From a virus, in the IMG/VR virus record IMGVR_UViG_3300025118_000006, positions 14,500 to 78,499 of that record: a stretch of DNA of 64,000 bases. One strand, written 5' to 3'. Position numbers and translations under genes: made by a program. Positions 45,808-58,100 of this stretch are shown here, in pieces. The notes under the pieces were generated by a model. The model saw only the letters and a program-made list of their open reading frames with translations. It was not told where the DNA came from and ran no database searches. Position 1 is the first letter of the stretch. Each line of letters opens with the position of its first letter.

Positions 45808-47931
45808 ATGGATAAAGTAAAGCTACATGACCTAGAACGCTTAGACATCCCAGATGCTAACGCGCTTCAAGATTTGGTCTACACCTACTGTTCTCGATTC
45901 ATTGGCCAGATTTTGGGCCAAGGGAATTGGACGCATGACCAGAAGAGCTTCAATCGTGGCGGCGTGTTTTCAAAACCGGACCTCACAATTACGCACAACG
46001 CAGTTGGCGTAGCTGGGAGCGATGCGTTTAAACGAACGCAGTTGAAGGTGACGCTAGGCAGTAAGTTCATGGTTTATCATTACGCGACTGACGACACTGC
46101 AATCAGCGTGAGTGCGGATGACCCTCGCGAGGTCGAGGGCCACATCCTATCCATTGACCCATCGAACGCGCAGCAGCAGGACAAGTTTGACCTAATCGGC
46201 GTACAGGACGCTTTCGATTCGACTGGGCAACACCCTTACGTTTGGGTTCGGCCTGTAGCATACGATGCTGATACGGCTACCCGAAGAAAGTGGTCTACGA
46301 CAACTTCTAAGGAAGTAGCTGTCGCGCTAAAAACACGCATTCGCACGGTGGCTGAGTTCGCCTTCCAGGCTGATGACCCAGGCCCCGAATGGTGTGCGAT
46401 TGGACGTATTTTGATGCACAAACCGGAAACTGCCGGAACGGGCGCACAAAAACCAGAGATTAAATGGTTCCACTGGAGCGACATGGAAGCCTTTGGTGGA
46501 GAGATCCCAAAGGGCCTTTTGGGTGAGCTAGGCTTATACTCCAGCACATCGACTGGCTACAACATTCAGGGAAAGGATGGTCGAAGAATCGACGGGCTTG
46601 TGAACCAATTAACTGAGATCAAGAGGCAGATTGCACGTCTCTACGGGGGCAACCCGCATTTTCCAGAGCATGATTACTGGCATCACTGGCGTGCCGGTGT
46701 GCTCGACACGGTGCCGCAACCGCAAGGTATAATGAGCCTTACGCGGAGGCAGCGAGAGCTAAAGGAACTTTGGGGAGCTAACGGGTACGCTATCGAGGAG
46801 TTAGTTGATGATGCTCCGACATCTCAGTTTAGCTGGGACAAGTTCATTTCAGACAACGGGCTTTCTGACGGGACTTACAATTTCCCGATCAACGTAACCG
46901 CTGGCATTCTTCACGACGAAGATGGCGAGCAAGTGTACGATACGCCCGAAGAGCAGGGAGCCGATGGTGGTTTGAATTTAAGGGTAGAGATTGTTGTGTC
47001 GGGTGGAGCACTGGATAGCAGCGTTTTCTTCCTCGGTGCCACCGAAGAGTTCTCGCCGGGTGCTGGATATGGTTTTATGGCCAACCAACCCGGAAAACCA
47101 TTCAAGGTAACGTCGAAGGGTTTCACAGCAGAGAGCCTGACTCACCTCGCTTTTGTAAACTCTGCGTGGTCTGGGACTGCGACCGTCGGAACCGAATTGA
47201 AGTCGCTCGACAAGGATGATTTCGACCGGAGAATACAGGCCAACGTAGACGAGAGTTTAACTGCCTCCACCATGCCAGTCGCAGTGTTCCACGCAGCGCA
47301 CACGTTAGAAGGTTTCACGGGTGCTGAGTCGGATGGTGAGTGGAACGAAAAAAGGAACTGGAATTACTCATACCAGCATCGCAATGGTAAAACCGTTCGA
47401 TTTTGGCGAGTCGCTCGCGGGACATACGTGTTGGACTTTGGTTCCAAGGTGAATTGCGTGGTCGCTACGTCCACCCAGTTCAACGGGTCTGCAACCGTGG
47501 CCGCGTTGGACCCAAACACAGACCCGTTGAACGGAACGTCGTCCACTGGTGCGAAGGGTCCGAAAACATGGGTGGTGCAGGGCCAAAATCCACAACAGGC
47601 TTCAGGCGCAACCTCGGACCTTTCTGGACCGACCGCGCCCACACGTTACTGGCTCGTTAGAACGCAGTATTACGCAGGCCACCAAGACTACATTAGCGAG
47701 GTTGGCGAGGGCTGGATTAGTGGTCGAGAGGAGCCTATGACCTCCTACGAAAACTTGAGCCAAGAGGCGGGTGGGTTTTTTGAAAAACTCGAAAACGTCC
47801 ACGATGCGTCGTTTAGTTTGGCGGCATGGCTAATTTCCAGCGCAACTGGTGGTCGAGTGGTCAAGCAACAAAAGACGCTGATTGAAGGTGACCTTGAAGG
47901 CAATGGCTTTGGTGGCATCTTAAATGACTAG
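45808..47931 (+). CDS. baseplate/tail-fibre-associated protein
   Basis: MDKV...LER.D..D...LQ N-terminus; position after baseplate J. Confidence 0.55.
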   Translation: MDKVKLHDLERLDIPDANALQDLVYTYCSRFIGQILGQGNWTHDQKSFNRGGVFSKPDLTITHNAVGVAGSDAFKRTQLKVTLGSKFMVYHYATDDTAISVSADDPREVEGHILSIDPSNAQQQDKFDLIGVQDAFDSTGQHPYVWVRPVAYDADTATRRKWSTTTSKEVAVALKTRIRTVAEFAFQADDPGPEWCAIGRILMHKPETAGTGAQKPEIKWFHWSDMEAFGGEIPKGLLGELGLYSSTSTGYNIQGKDGRRIDGLVNQLTEIKRQIARLYGGNPHFPEHDYWHHWRAGVLDTVPQPQGIMSLTRRQRELKELWGANGYAIEELVDDAPTSQFSWDKFISDNGLSDGTYNFPINVTAGILHDEDGEQVYDTPEEQGADGGLNLRVEIVVSGGALDSSVFFLGATEEFSPGAGYGFMANQPGKPFKVTSKGFTAESLTHLAFVNSAWSGTATVGTELKSLDKDDFDRRIQANVDESLTASTMPVAVFHAAHTLEGFTGAESDGEWNEKRNWNYSYQHRNGKTVRFWRVARGTYVLDFGSKVNCVVATSTQFNGSATVAALDPNTDPLNGTSSTGAKGPKTWVVQGQNPQQASGATSDLSGPTAPTRYWLVRTQYYAGHQDYISEVGEGWISGREEPMTSYENLSQEAGGFFEKLENVHDASFSLAAWLISSATGGRVVKQQKTLIEGDLEGNGFGGILND

Positions 47932-47943
47932 GAGTAGATAGAG

Positions 47944-49158
47944 ATGGCAGCACCGATAGCCACAGCTAAAATTGGAACCTCCAGCGAGGCGACGTATCTT
48001 TATTCAGACGTTGTCTCGGGCGGGGGTGTTTCAAGCATAACTTTAACCGGGGCCGGTACTGCGGACGGTGGGGCTACAATTGCCTCCTACAAGTGGTATA
48101 TAATTTCTCAGCCACCAAACGGTACTGCGGTTCTTTCATCCGACACAGCGCAAAACCCGACCATCGGGCCGATTAGCAAGTGGGGTAACTACCGCGTACT
48201 TTTGGTGGTGACTGATTCGGCTGGCGTTACTTCTGCCACTGACCCACTTTTAGCACCGGATAGCGCGTTCGCTACCGTGCGAGTTCGTGGCCCGAACGTC
48301 AAGCTTGCTGGGTACCCAGGCGACCCTGCCGCTATTGGGCTGATAAAGCCAGCGGCTACCGAGCGAAATTGGTACGATGAGTATTGGGAGCTTGTTGAGG
48401 CGGTTTCAGATAACGCCAATCGTTGGCCAGTCATTGAGCACACAGACGTTACCGCTTGCACAGGCCCCAATTTGGATGAGCTTGTTTCAGGCGATTACAC
48501 TACTCTGCACAAGCATCAAGGCGATTCGATTGAGGCGTCTACTGCGAGTGCCCCCGGAACTGTCGTCTTACGCGACACGCCAGCGGATGCGGCTACTCCG
48601 AAGGCAGTGAACTACGAGTATTTTGTTTACACCGCGCAGGTTTACGGATCGTTCTATATCGACCTCCGAAATGGAGTCACCACACCTTTGCCATACTGGA
48701 TTGCATCTACAGACACTTCCAGCCTAACAGGCGCAGGGCAGGGTGGTGCGTTCACTCAGGATGGACTCTCTCACGTTGTGGCTCGACCTCACGTAATGTT
48801 TACATTGCCGAAGACAGGCGCGAGCGCAAACCTAACGATGGATTTGTGGCAAGTCACAGTAAATATGGCCGATTCTGGCTTTGATTCAGGTGGTAGCGGA
48901 AGCTATCAGTTCAAGGTTGTCGAGGGTAGTGCGGCTGAGTGGGCTGCGAATGCGCTTATCGACGGCTCGGGAGGATTAGATTCAAAGCACACGATTTCTG
49001 GCTCTGTTGGTACAGCCCGTTCACCACTCTCCATCGATAGCTATGTTGGTGGGTCGGTTCAACTTAGCGATGCACACTTTGGGCTTGTCTGCACGGGTGC
49101 TCCGGCCAACATCGGTGGAGGCATGAGCGTAACCATTATATTGAGGCACAGAGTATGA
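47944..49158 (+). CDS. tail-associated protein with N-terminal PKD/Ig-like domain
   Basis: I.SYKW.....P......L......P......G.Y...LVVTD..G. Confidence 0.6.
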   Translation: MAAPIATAKIGTSSEATYLYSDVVSGGGVSSITLTGAGTADGGATIASYKWYIISQPPNGTAVLSSDTAQNPTIGPISKWGNYRVLLVVTDSAGVTSATDPLLAPDSAFATVRVRGPNVKLAGYPGDPAAIGLIKPAATERNWYDEYWELVEAVSDNANRWPVIEHTDVTACTGPNLDELVSGDYTTLHKHQGDSIEASTASAPGTVVLRDTPADAATPKAVNYEYFVYTAQVYGSFYIDLRNGVTTPLPYWIASTDTSSLTGAGQGGAFTQDGLSHVVARPHVMFTLPKTGASANLTMDLWQVTVNMADSGFDSGGSGSYQFKVVEGSAAEWAANALIDGSGGLDSKHTISGSVGTARSPLSIDSYVGGSVQLSDAHFGLVCTGAPANIGGGMSVTIILRHRV

Positions 49159-50066
49159 GTCCTACTTTCGATCTACCACTGTTTATCCCTAGTTCGGTCG
49201 GGTCTGGTACAGCCCTTAATGCTACCCAGGCGACCGCGAAGATCACAGTTTCAGGTAACCCTTCGTCGAATCCGACGTTTAAGGTAAATGGTTTAGACAC
49301 AGAGGTGACGCGAGGCGTCTCGACTACAGCGACAGCGACAGCCATTGCGGCTGCGCTACTCGCGGCTGGCAACGGCTGCGTGGCTGAATCTGATGGTGCC
49401 GTTGTTACCCTCACTTCCTCGGTTCGGGGTCCGGTTGGTAACAACATGAGCTTAGGTTTGGTGAGTGCTGGAGGCGGGACCATCACGGTGACGGGTTTTA
49501 GCGGTGGTGGCGTTATCGGCACGACCTACCTCGACACAGTTTCGCTCGGGACGCAGAATAACACTCAAGAATTGGCACAAATCGACGCGCCAGGAATACC
49601 GAAAGTGCTCGTAAAGCATGTGACGCACGCTACGATTTCCGCATCCGCATCAACTAAAACAGTGACGCTTCTGTCTGCTATCGATCAGAACAATATCGTG
49701 ATTACGGATGCCTTCGCATACCTAACGCAAAACTTTTCGATTGCGGCTGGGTCTGCTCCTACGACCACCTTCGAGTTAGGCATCGACAGCGACCCTGATT
49801 GGCTAATTACCTCGGTAGACGTTTCGTCATCGGGCTCAATAGGTGACGCATTCGGGTTTGATGCGACTTACGATGGCGCAGGTTGGGCTTTTCCGACTCG
49901 TGTTATCGGAGCGGATTTCGGACCATCAGGCAACAACTTGCTTAAAATAAAATTTACGGTTTCGTCGGGCAACACAAGTGCTCTGGATATGGGTAAGCTC
50001 ATGGTTGTCGTACGTTACTGGGAGTTCCCAACGCTTATCGGTGATAAGGCTGGCGGTCTTACATAA
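49155..50066 (+). CDS. tail-associated structural protein
   Basis: S/T/G-rich; domain similar to the neck insertion. Confidence 0.55.
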   Translation: MSPTFDLPLFIPSSVGSGTALNATQATAKITVSGNPSSNPTFKVNGLDTEVTRGVSTTATATAIAAALLAAGNGCVAESDGAVVTLTSSVRGPVGNNMSLGLVSAGGGTITVTGFSGGGVIGTTYLDTVSLGTQNNTQELAQIDAPGIPKVLVKHVTHATISASASTKTVTLLSAIDQNNIVITDAFAYLTQNFSIAAGSAPTTTFELGIDSDPDWLITSVDVSSSGSIGDAFGFDATYDGAGWAFPTRVIGADFGPSGNNLLKIKFTVSSGNTSALDMGKLMVVVRYWEFPTLIGDKAGGLT

Positions 50067-51493
50067 TGTGGGGTTTTGGATCACCATCAAACAAATTTGG
50101 TGAGAACGTAACTCACACCGACACCAATTTGAGTGCAGCCCTCGGCGTTCAGCTTCGAGAGATTCTCAACGTGAAGTTCGAGCCAGCATCGGTCGATTAC
50201 GACCGGGCTTTTCTGGAGGCCAACACCGACGGTCACTTCACCGCAGGAAAGGTGGCTCGCTCAGTTAAGGGTGTAGACGTTCATTTTGAGAAAGAAATCA
50301 CAGTAACCGCTGGTCAGCAGTCGGTTCAGTACGTAGCCTCCTCTGCTGCAAACATGCCGATTTCAGGCCCGCTTTACCTTCGTGCCAACCAGAAGACACA
50401 GGTCGCTGGAATCACGATTGGCGTGGTGGTCGTCGGCAAGGATGCGTCCGGCTCGGCTCAGACTTACACGGATACCACGTTCTGGTCGTCTGCTAATGGT
50501 GTTAAAAAGCAAATTGTTGGGCCTGGAACGGCTAACTGGTCTGAAATCACATCGGTTACGATAAACCTCTTTACGGGTTTAGGGGGATGGGCGACGTTGT
50601 CCGCAAACGCAGTCTTTACGCTCTCTGGAAGGGCGTACACAGGTCCGACATCAACATACAGTAGCGTAAAAGCTTTCTTCGATGTGCTTCACGCAAAACC
50701 CGGCTATACCGTGGCTTATGTGGATTACACTGCCGAAACCAGCCATCCGCTCACTGTTTATGGAACACTTTTGGGGCTGGAAGAGTTGGGCTTCATGGGC
50801 AATCAACCTATCACGCTCAACTCGACTGGAACAAAATGGAACGAGGCGTCGGCTCCTGTTCCGATTTACGGCAACATAACGCCTCATTTAGATCACACGA
50901 CGGTTGGCACATCGACGACCCGGACAGCGCATTCTTGGGGCCTTGGCGACTATACTGTTACGGGAACTACGCCCGCCACTTCAGCGATAGCCGCTGCAAA
51001 CCAAGATTATGGCTTTGGTGACCCGACCGGCGTTAGCGATAGGTCTTTGGTCGTGCCTGACCTCGGTACAACCTATGTGCCAGACCTTGGTGGTACAGTG
51101 TTGAAACTAAAAGGAACATACCCGACCAAAGGTCCATACACGGCCTACCTTTTCGACGCATCGAACAACAAGTTTGGCCCGCTCTTTTCGGCGTTTCCAG
51201 GCAACGCGAACGCGCTCAGTACCAACAAGCCTAGAAAGGTGCTAACACTGTCGCTTCCCAATCTCCCCGTGGGCTCATACACTCTGAAATTGTATCACGG
51301 AACCGCAGACACAGAGATCGTTGCGACCGGAACTATCGTGGTTGTCCGGCGTCACCGGGTCCACTCTGCATACGCGATGCGTAAGAACTTTCCACCGGAC
51401 CTGTACAAAGTGGGTGTTCGGCAGATTCAGCGCGAAGAGCTTATTGACGGATACGACGAGTCAAATTCAGTTAAAGATGTGAGCGTTAGCTAA
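50066..51493 (+). CDS. tail-associated structural protein
   Basis: Coupled ORF; Ig-like composition. Confidence 0.55.
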   Translation: MWGFGSPSNKFGENVTHTDTNLSAALGVQLREILNVKFEPASVDYDRAFLEANTDGHFTAGKVARSVKGVDVHFEKEITVTAGQQSVQYVASSAANMPISGPLYLRANQKTQVAGITIGVVVVGKDASGSAQTYTDTTFWSSANGVKKQIVGPGTANWSEITSVTINLFTGLGGWATLSANAVFTLSGRAYTGPTSTYSSVKAFFDVLHAKPGYTVAYVDYTAETSHPLTVYGTLLGLEELGFMGNQPITLNSTGTKWNEASAPVPIYGNITPHLDHTTVGTSTTRTAHSWGLGDYTVTGTTPATSAIAAANQDYGFGDPTGVSDRSLVVPDLGTTYVPDLGGTVLKLKGTYPTKGPYTAYLFDASNNKFGPLFSAFPGNANALSTNKPRKVLTLSLPNLPVGSYTLKLYHGTADTEIVATGTIVVVRRHRVHSAYAMRKNFPPDLYKVGVRQIQREELIDGYDESNSVKDVSVS

Positions 51494-52194
51494 TGGCTGG
51501 TTCAATCACAATAGCGTCTGCTCAGAACAACTCGATCACAATCAATTTCGGTGAGTCGATGACATCCGGGGTGTCCAGTATTGATGACTATGTGTTCGCT
51601 CCAGCAACCGGCTACAGGCAGGTTTACGCAACAGAGGTCGTGGCTGTTACCGGAACGCAAACGTACAAGGTGAAGGTGTCACCGGAGTTCGATGTTCCAG
51701 GCACATACACTGTCACATGCGCGAACGCGAGGGACGCTGGGAACGCTGCGCTCTCGACTAACAACAGCACGTACACGCTCGCGGGCCACCTACTTTTTCA
51801 GGTACCAGATGGCGAGGTTAATTACGTTGATAGCAGCAGCAATGCTCATAAAACCGGCAACTACATCGGGGTGCTAGAGGCTTTAACGCTGGCTTTTGGA
51901 GACGCTATCCAGAAGACCGCTGGTAGACCTGTGACACGTTTGCGTAAAGAATACACATTGCAGACAGACAGTGTGATGTTGATCGAGACAACGCTTTCGT
52001 TTCCAGACAGCGGCTACGTCTATTTGGGCGGGCAAAAGTTAAAATATGCGTCTAAAGACACAAATTGTCTATACATGGACAATACAACTATCGCATCGGA
52101 CCTTGCCGAGGGTAAACTAGCTGTAGAGCCAAGGAAGTCATTTGTTAGCGGTTCGGAGGTCCATTTAGATGTTAGATCCATACTCCCAGCTTGA
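51493..52194 (+). CDS. tail-associated structural protein (Ig-like N-terminus)
   Basis: I.FGE.M......Y......G.YTVT..N.RD..GN. Confidence 0.55.
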   Translation: MAGSITIASAQNNSITINFGESMTSGVSSIDDYVFAPATGYRQVYATEVVAVTGTQTYKVKVSPEFDVPGTYTVTCANARDAGNAALSTNNSTYTLAGHLLFQVPDGEVNYVDSSSNAHKTGNYIGVLEALTLAFGDAIQKTAGRPVTRLRKEYTLQTDSVMLIETTLSFPDSGYVYLGGQKLKYASKDTNCLYMDNTTIASDLAEGKLAVEPRKSFVSGSEVHLDVRSILPA

Positions 52195-55100
52195 AACAGC
52201 AAGGCGTGACACAAGCATAACGCATTCTGAGCACTCGGCAGGCTACCCGCTATCGTCTTTTGCAAAGATAGCAGATTGGTATGGGTTCCCGCTGCCCAGC
52301 GTAAATTGGAACAAGTCCGATTGGCGGGATGCTGTGAACGAAGCGGCATTCGCGGTACGAGGCCCAATGCCAAGTCTCTTCAAATTCCTTCGCGCAGCGT
52401 TGAAATCTCACGACACTGTTTTGGACGTGACTGTGAACACGTCGGCTGCTACCTATGGCACTTATGCGCTATACCTTTCGTCTGGTAACTTTACGACATG
52501 TCACGTTGGTCGAATCGTTGAAATTACGAAGGCAGACGGAACGGTGCTGCTCTTTAAGAGTGACCCCACCCAAGACATCTCCTCACACAATACCCGGCTC
52601 GACCTGATTAAGTCGCCGTTCGGCAACGCGCAATATCTGGGTGCTAACTTTACGGACTCTTCGCAGGCTGTGACGAGTGGCAGCTACAGTGTTCGGTTCA
52701 TTCCATTTTTGATTCACGAGCGCAGCCCTGGAACAACATACAAACACGTATCGGACCCACTCGTCTTGGGCGACTACTATAAGCCTTCGGTTTTGGGAGC
52801 AAACGCTCACGAATTCGACATCGGGACTTGGGGAGGTCTACATTGCGTCGTGGAGGTAGAGCTTTTCCCTGAGCTTTTTAGCGTGCTACCTGCGTATCTT
52901 CTTGCAGACAATGAGCTTTCGGCATTATCCGTTGGGTACGGCGGGAAAGGTTACAACGATGGCGTGATTGTGTTCAAGGGCGGTGGCGGCCAAGGTGCTC
53001 ATGGAACCTACACAGTGGACTCCAGCGGAACAATTAACTCAGTGACTTTGGTCGATAAGGGCGCGGGCTACACATCAGCACCGACGCCTATCGTGATGCA
53101 CTCCAAATTGGCATCGGCACAGGTTGTTTTGCCGGGGTCGAGTTACACCACAAATACTGGCGGCCCGGATGGTAAAGGGAGCTTGACCTTCACGGGTGGC
53201 GGTGGCTCTGGCGCAGTCGGGGAATACACTGTGAACGCTGATGGCGAAATCACGTCTGCGACTATCACAGCGCAAGGAAAGAACTACACGTCTATACCAA
53301 AAATTGGATTCAGTGACCCAGGCGGCCTTGGCGTAAACGGGTTCGTGACCTGCAACTTAGAAAAAACAGTCGATATGGGGTCGGGGGCCTTGCGTGCGGT
53401 TACGATTAGCGACGGTGGTGGAAATTACGGCAACGCGCAAACATATCCGCTGATTTTTAGGGGCGGTGGTGGCTCTGGCGCAGTCGGAACGGTCACGTCG
53501 AACTCTGGTGGAGAGATTGCGTCGATATCGACCAGCGCACTGGGAACGAGCTACAGAACCGCGCCTGAAGTGTATGTCGGGAGTTACGATAAATCGATAT
53601 CTAGCACAATAACGATTAGTGACGGCGGGAGATGGTTGGACGCGCCAACAATTTCGGTGACCGGCACAGGAGTTGGAAACTCGTATAGTGTGCTTTTAGA
53701 CCGATTTTTAATTAAAAACGGTGGCTCGGGGTATGAGCCCAACAGCGAATTAAAGTTGAAATTTACAGGTGGCGATCACACTGTCTCGATCACAGGCATT
53801 GCCCCTCAAAATTTAGACGACTTCATGGGCCACACCGGAAGTCTTTCTGGCGAGGCGAATTATCAAGGCACGGTGGCTCTCGTTACGACTTCCGCAGCGC
53901 ACCAGTTGACTGTTGGTCAGACCGTCCGAATTGTCGTGAACGACCCAAATTCGGGTAACGCTGGTACAGTCAGTTACTCTGGCTCTCTCGATACAGTCGA
54001 GATGAGGGTACTACCGGGCGACGGATTGCGTATCTCTTACCAAGAAGCTCTTACTTTTTCAGCTTCGACGAGCGGAACGAACACTACGACTTTGAATATT
54101 GGGCACGACGGGCCTGTTCACTTTTGGCTAAGAAAACCTTTGAAAGAGGGTACGGTTAAGGTGACGATCAACGGAACCGTCTTAGAGAAATCGACGGACG
54201 ATGGCGAGGTTTACTCTACCTCTTCGGGGCAAAGCGAAAGCTTCACGCTTGCTCCGGGCCTCAATCCACAGTCGCTATCCTCCACAAAGCATTTCACGCA
54301 CATAACGTCTGTAGTGATAGTTCAGACAAGCGCGGATTTATCCGGCGTTGGCACCGATTACAATTTCCAGCCAAAAATCTCAGGCACACTGTTTAATGCT
54401 GTGAAGTCTGGCTCTAACAATCCATCCGCTAACCTCGGCACGGTCAGCGCAACCTTGACCGCAATAAACGCCCTTACCGGATTTACAGCCACGCTGACCG
54501 GAGATTCAAAAGAGGCCGGTAGCATTCAGGAGTTGGATGGCCTCGCGCTGCAATCTATCAAGAGCACGACTGTCACCATTACGAACAAGAAATCTTCAAC
54601 CAAAAAGGCGAAGTACACTTCTGGTGTGAATTACACTGTGATGCGGCTGACCGACAACACAAGCCAGTTCTACATATTTAAGCCGTCATGGCAAAGCCAA
54701 GGCACACCATTCAGTAGCGCAGTAACGTACACTGGAAGCGTGTCGACGGTTTGGAAAAAGCCGACTGTGTACGCCCACACGGACAGCCTTGGAAGGCTGG
54801 TTAGGCTCGATGTTCAGGGTCACGGGCACGGATATGTAAAGGCTCCGACGGTCACGCTTGAATCTGAAGATGTAATTCAAGACCCTCTGAACCAGAGCCC
54901 ACCCAAAACAGTAACATCCGAGGCAGTCCCTCAAAATCACATTTTAACTCAGGTATCCGCAGCACCCAAAGAACCCCTTGAGCCACAGTTTGACATTGTA
55001 GACGAGTTGGCAGAGGCAGGTTTAACGTACAAAGATAACGAGTTTCTGAAAACTGGGCTTGGTAAAAAGGAAAACCGAGTCAAAATCTTCTTAGACCGGC

Positions 55101-58100
55101 AGGGCCAAGCAACAATTCAGGCTGGCCAACTCGCCTGGATAAAAAACGTATCTCGCTACGACGCTGCGAAAAAAACATTCAAGCGCCATCCAGTGAGTTA
55201 CCCATTTTTCAAATTTGTCTCGACTGGCCAAAAGGTGCCAAACAAATTTAGTGACACATCCGAGGCTCTCTACCCGCCAGTAGGAACAGAGGTGCGTATC
55301 TCGCAGAACCCATCGCAAGATATTAAAAATCTTACTGGAAGAACAGGCACGGTCGAAGCGTTCGCAACGGTTGCTGGCGATGAGGACTACAAGTATCTGA
55401 CACTCATTGAGACTGAATTTGGTGACCAAATTACCTCTCACGAGTTTTTCGACGGCGGGACGGCAAGCGTGTCGGTTTCGTGGCGGCATCCAGACACTTT
55501 TGGAATTGGCGATTTAAAATCTATCGAGCAGTATGAGTCACCTCACGGCCTAGTCGATAACTGCTTGTCTTTTGTGCTTAATCCCGACTACCACAAGCTG
55601 GCTTCTGTCTCAGGTTGCTTCGCGACATTTGAGTTACCTTACGATAATTCGGCTGGCGAAACGATGGTGTTCGAGGGTACAACCGCGTGGGGTATGGCTC
55701 CTGCCCTCGCCACTATTTATACTGAGGGTCGCGCCTGTGAAATTCTCGCAGAACCTCAAGGCCGTGTGTCCTGGGCGGGTGGCGGTGAGAAGGCGGGTAT
55801 ATCGAGAAGCTTGCTCACTGACCCGACCTTGAGTGTTCGGCTATCATCAGACATTCACTTACCTGAAGCCGGTGGATGGGCTTACATCACCGGGCACTCA
55901 GTGTCGGGCTTGAATGGTCGAGTGTACGTGTTGCCGACGAGCCGCAGAGATACTGTGCGTTTACGGGACTTTAACAAAGATAGCCTGTCGATTACGACTG
56001 AAGGCACGGGTGGTTACTTCTACGCGCCCGGTGGGCACGGCCTAAAAGCGCACTACAAGATTTCAGACGATGGGAAGGGCCAAATAAGCAGTAGCTCAAA
56101 ATGGGTTTTGGAAAAAAATGGAGGTACTTTCCGTACCGCACCCTACCTTTTTCCTGAAAAGCCGTCCGAGCCTCGCGATGACTATCGTGGGCCGTCTATG
56201 GGGTGGCCAACAGGTGTAACTACCCTCGCAGACGGGCTCGCGCACACGTATGCGACCGTCGGATACAGCCACATCACAGGTGGCCTCGCTTTCACTTCTG
56301 ATGCCTCAGCAACGACGGCTCGCGGTGGTGACCTGCTCTTTCATGGTGGAGGCGGTAAGCCAGTCGAGATCGAAGAAGTCGTAGCCGGTGGAGGATGGAT
56401 AGCTGGCATTAAGACGCAGTCCGCGCACGGTCTTTCTACAAACGACTACGTGCGGATTCGCAATGTCCGAGACGCCAATGGTGAGCCCGTCGATATAATT
56501 AATCGCAAGGTTAAGGTGACGGTTGTCTCAGCCACTGCATTCATGGTTTTCGACGCAACGCTGGGCACAAATACTTTTATTGCCACGGACCTTTCGACTG
56601 ATGACTTCGTGGGTGGAGCCGTCGATTTGGTAGCAGAGCAAGCGACAGGCACGTTTACGATTGGTGACGATGGTTCAGTCTCAGGCGCGACTGTGACGAC
56701 GGCGGGAGGCTACTATTCCTTTCCACCGGAAATAACTGTGCCCAAAAACTCAATTGCTTATAAAAGCACACTTTATAAACTCAGCGCAGATGAAAATGTT
56801 GTGGACGACGCAATGTTTGGTTCGGCTAACGCGCCGCTCGCGCCACCACACCTCACGTCAACGCTCCTTTACGATGCAACCATCGCTGCAACCGTCGAAA
56901 AAGCTGCTTTCTCTGTGACACTGGCGGCCAACGCCGCCGAAAACACAAACACGAGCGACTCTTCCACCATTCACGTTACTGAAACTTCCCAAAAAGATGT
57001 CAGCGTTTCTTTGAGTTGGAACGATGGTGAGGTAACTCATTTCTGGGGAGCGAAGGTTCCAGGCGGCTGGCAAGTGACAGGAACACCTTCAATTACGAAT
57101 GCTGGCTCGAACTACGTTTCTGAAAATAACTTCGGTGGCTTTCAGGGGTTTTTAAAGGTCGAGGGCGGTGGCAATCAGGTAATTGAGCACGCAAAAATCA
57201 TGTTCAGAATTAGCAGTGGCACCATTGCGGAGCTTGCTGTTGTCCATCCTGGCCTCGGTTACACTTCCGCGCCAACGCTTTCGATGCCGGACGGCTCCGA
57301 AGGTGCTGGCGCAACTTTTTCAGCATCTATCCAGTCGAACACGATGGCCAATATGGCTGAAAAGATAGCCGACACCATCAACAACGGATGCCTATATCCC
57401 GTTTTAGCACTCACAGAGGATAAGGAGCAGGAAGGTTTTGTGTGGCACAACGGAGCAAACCCGCCGTCATTTAATGGCATCGGCTTTAGCGCGACCGATA
57501 GCGTGAGCGGTAGCAGCGGTTTCGGTGAAGTGCTTGTGAAAGTTACGCCCAGCGGCCCAACGGTCCCGAACGAGGCTAAGATGAGCGTCTTAGGGCCAGG
57601 CGGTGCTTTGGCAAAGAACTTCGCGGTAGGCGATAGCTCGACAGGATTCGTTGGGCTAGGGCACTACGGTCAGTGCATTATAACTCAACCAAATTGGTCA
57701 CTGGTTAGCCAAGGCACCGACACGTCTCTTAGTAAGGTCATTTTCGACCGAACGCACGCTGACGGACTGACAGAATCACATACGCTCTATTTGACTGGCG
57801 GTGGTGGCTCGCCGGTCGAGGCAGAGAGCCCGACTAGACCAGCAGGAATGGAGTTTTCGGCACATCTCCGCGAGGGTGTGATTAGAACCAACTCTGTGAC
57901 TGGCGAGGTTGAGGAGCTTTTGGGCCACGCGGACGTTCCAAATTCAGGGACGCCATCAACTAAATACGCATACCCGATTTATTTACAGTCAGCGTACGAC
58001 CGCTCGCTAATGGACTACCTGTCCGCGCTCGTGCCTGCTGGAATTCAAGTTGTAGTGACGCATCGCGACTGTGACTCAGATAGCTACATCTCGCCAGCCG

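Noticed and set aside
7135-57480. Numerous minus-strand ORFs in the ORF track overlapping structural genes
   Set aside because: They are antisense shadows of long plus-strand genes, with no RBS or recognisable motifs.
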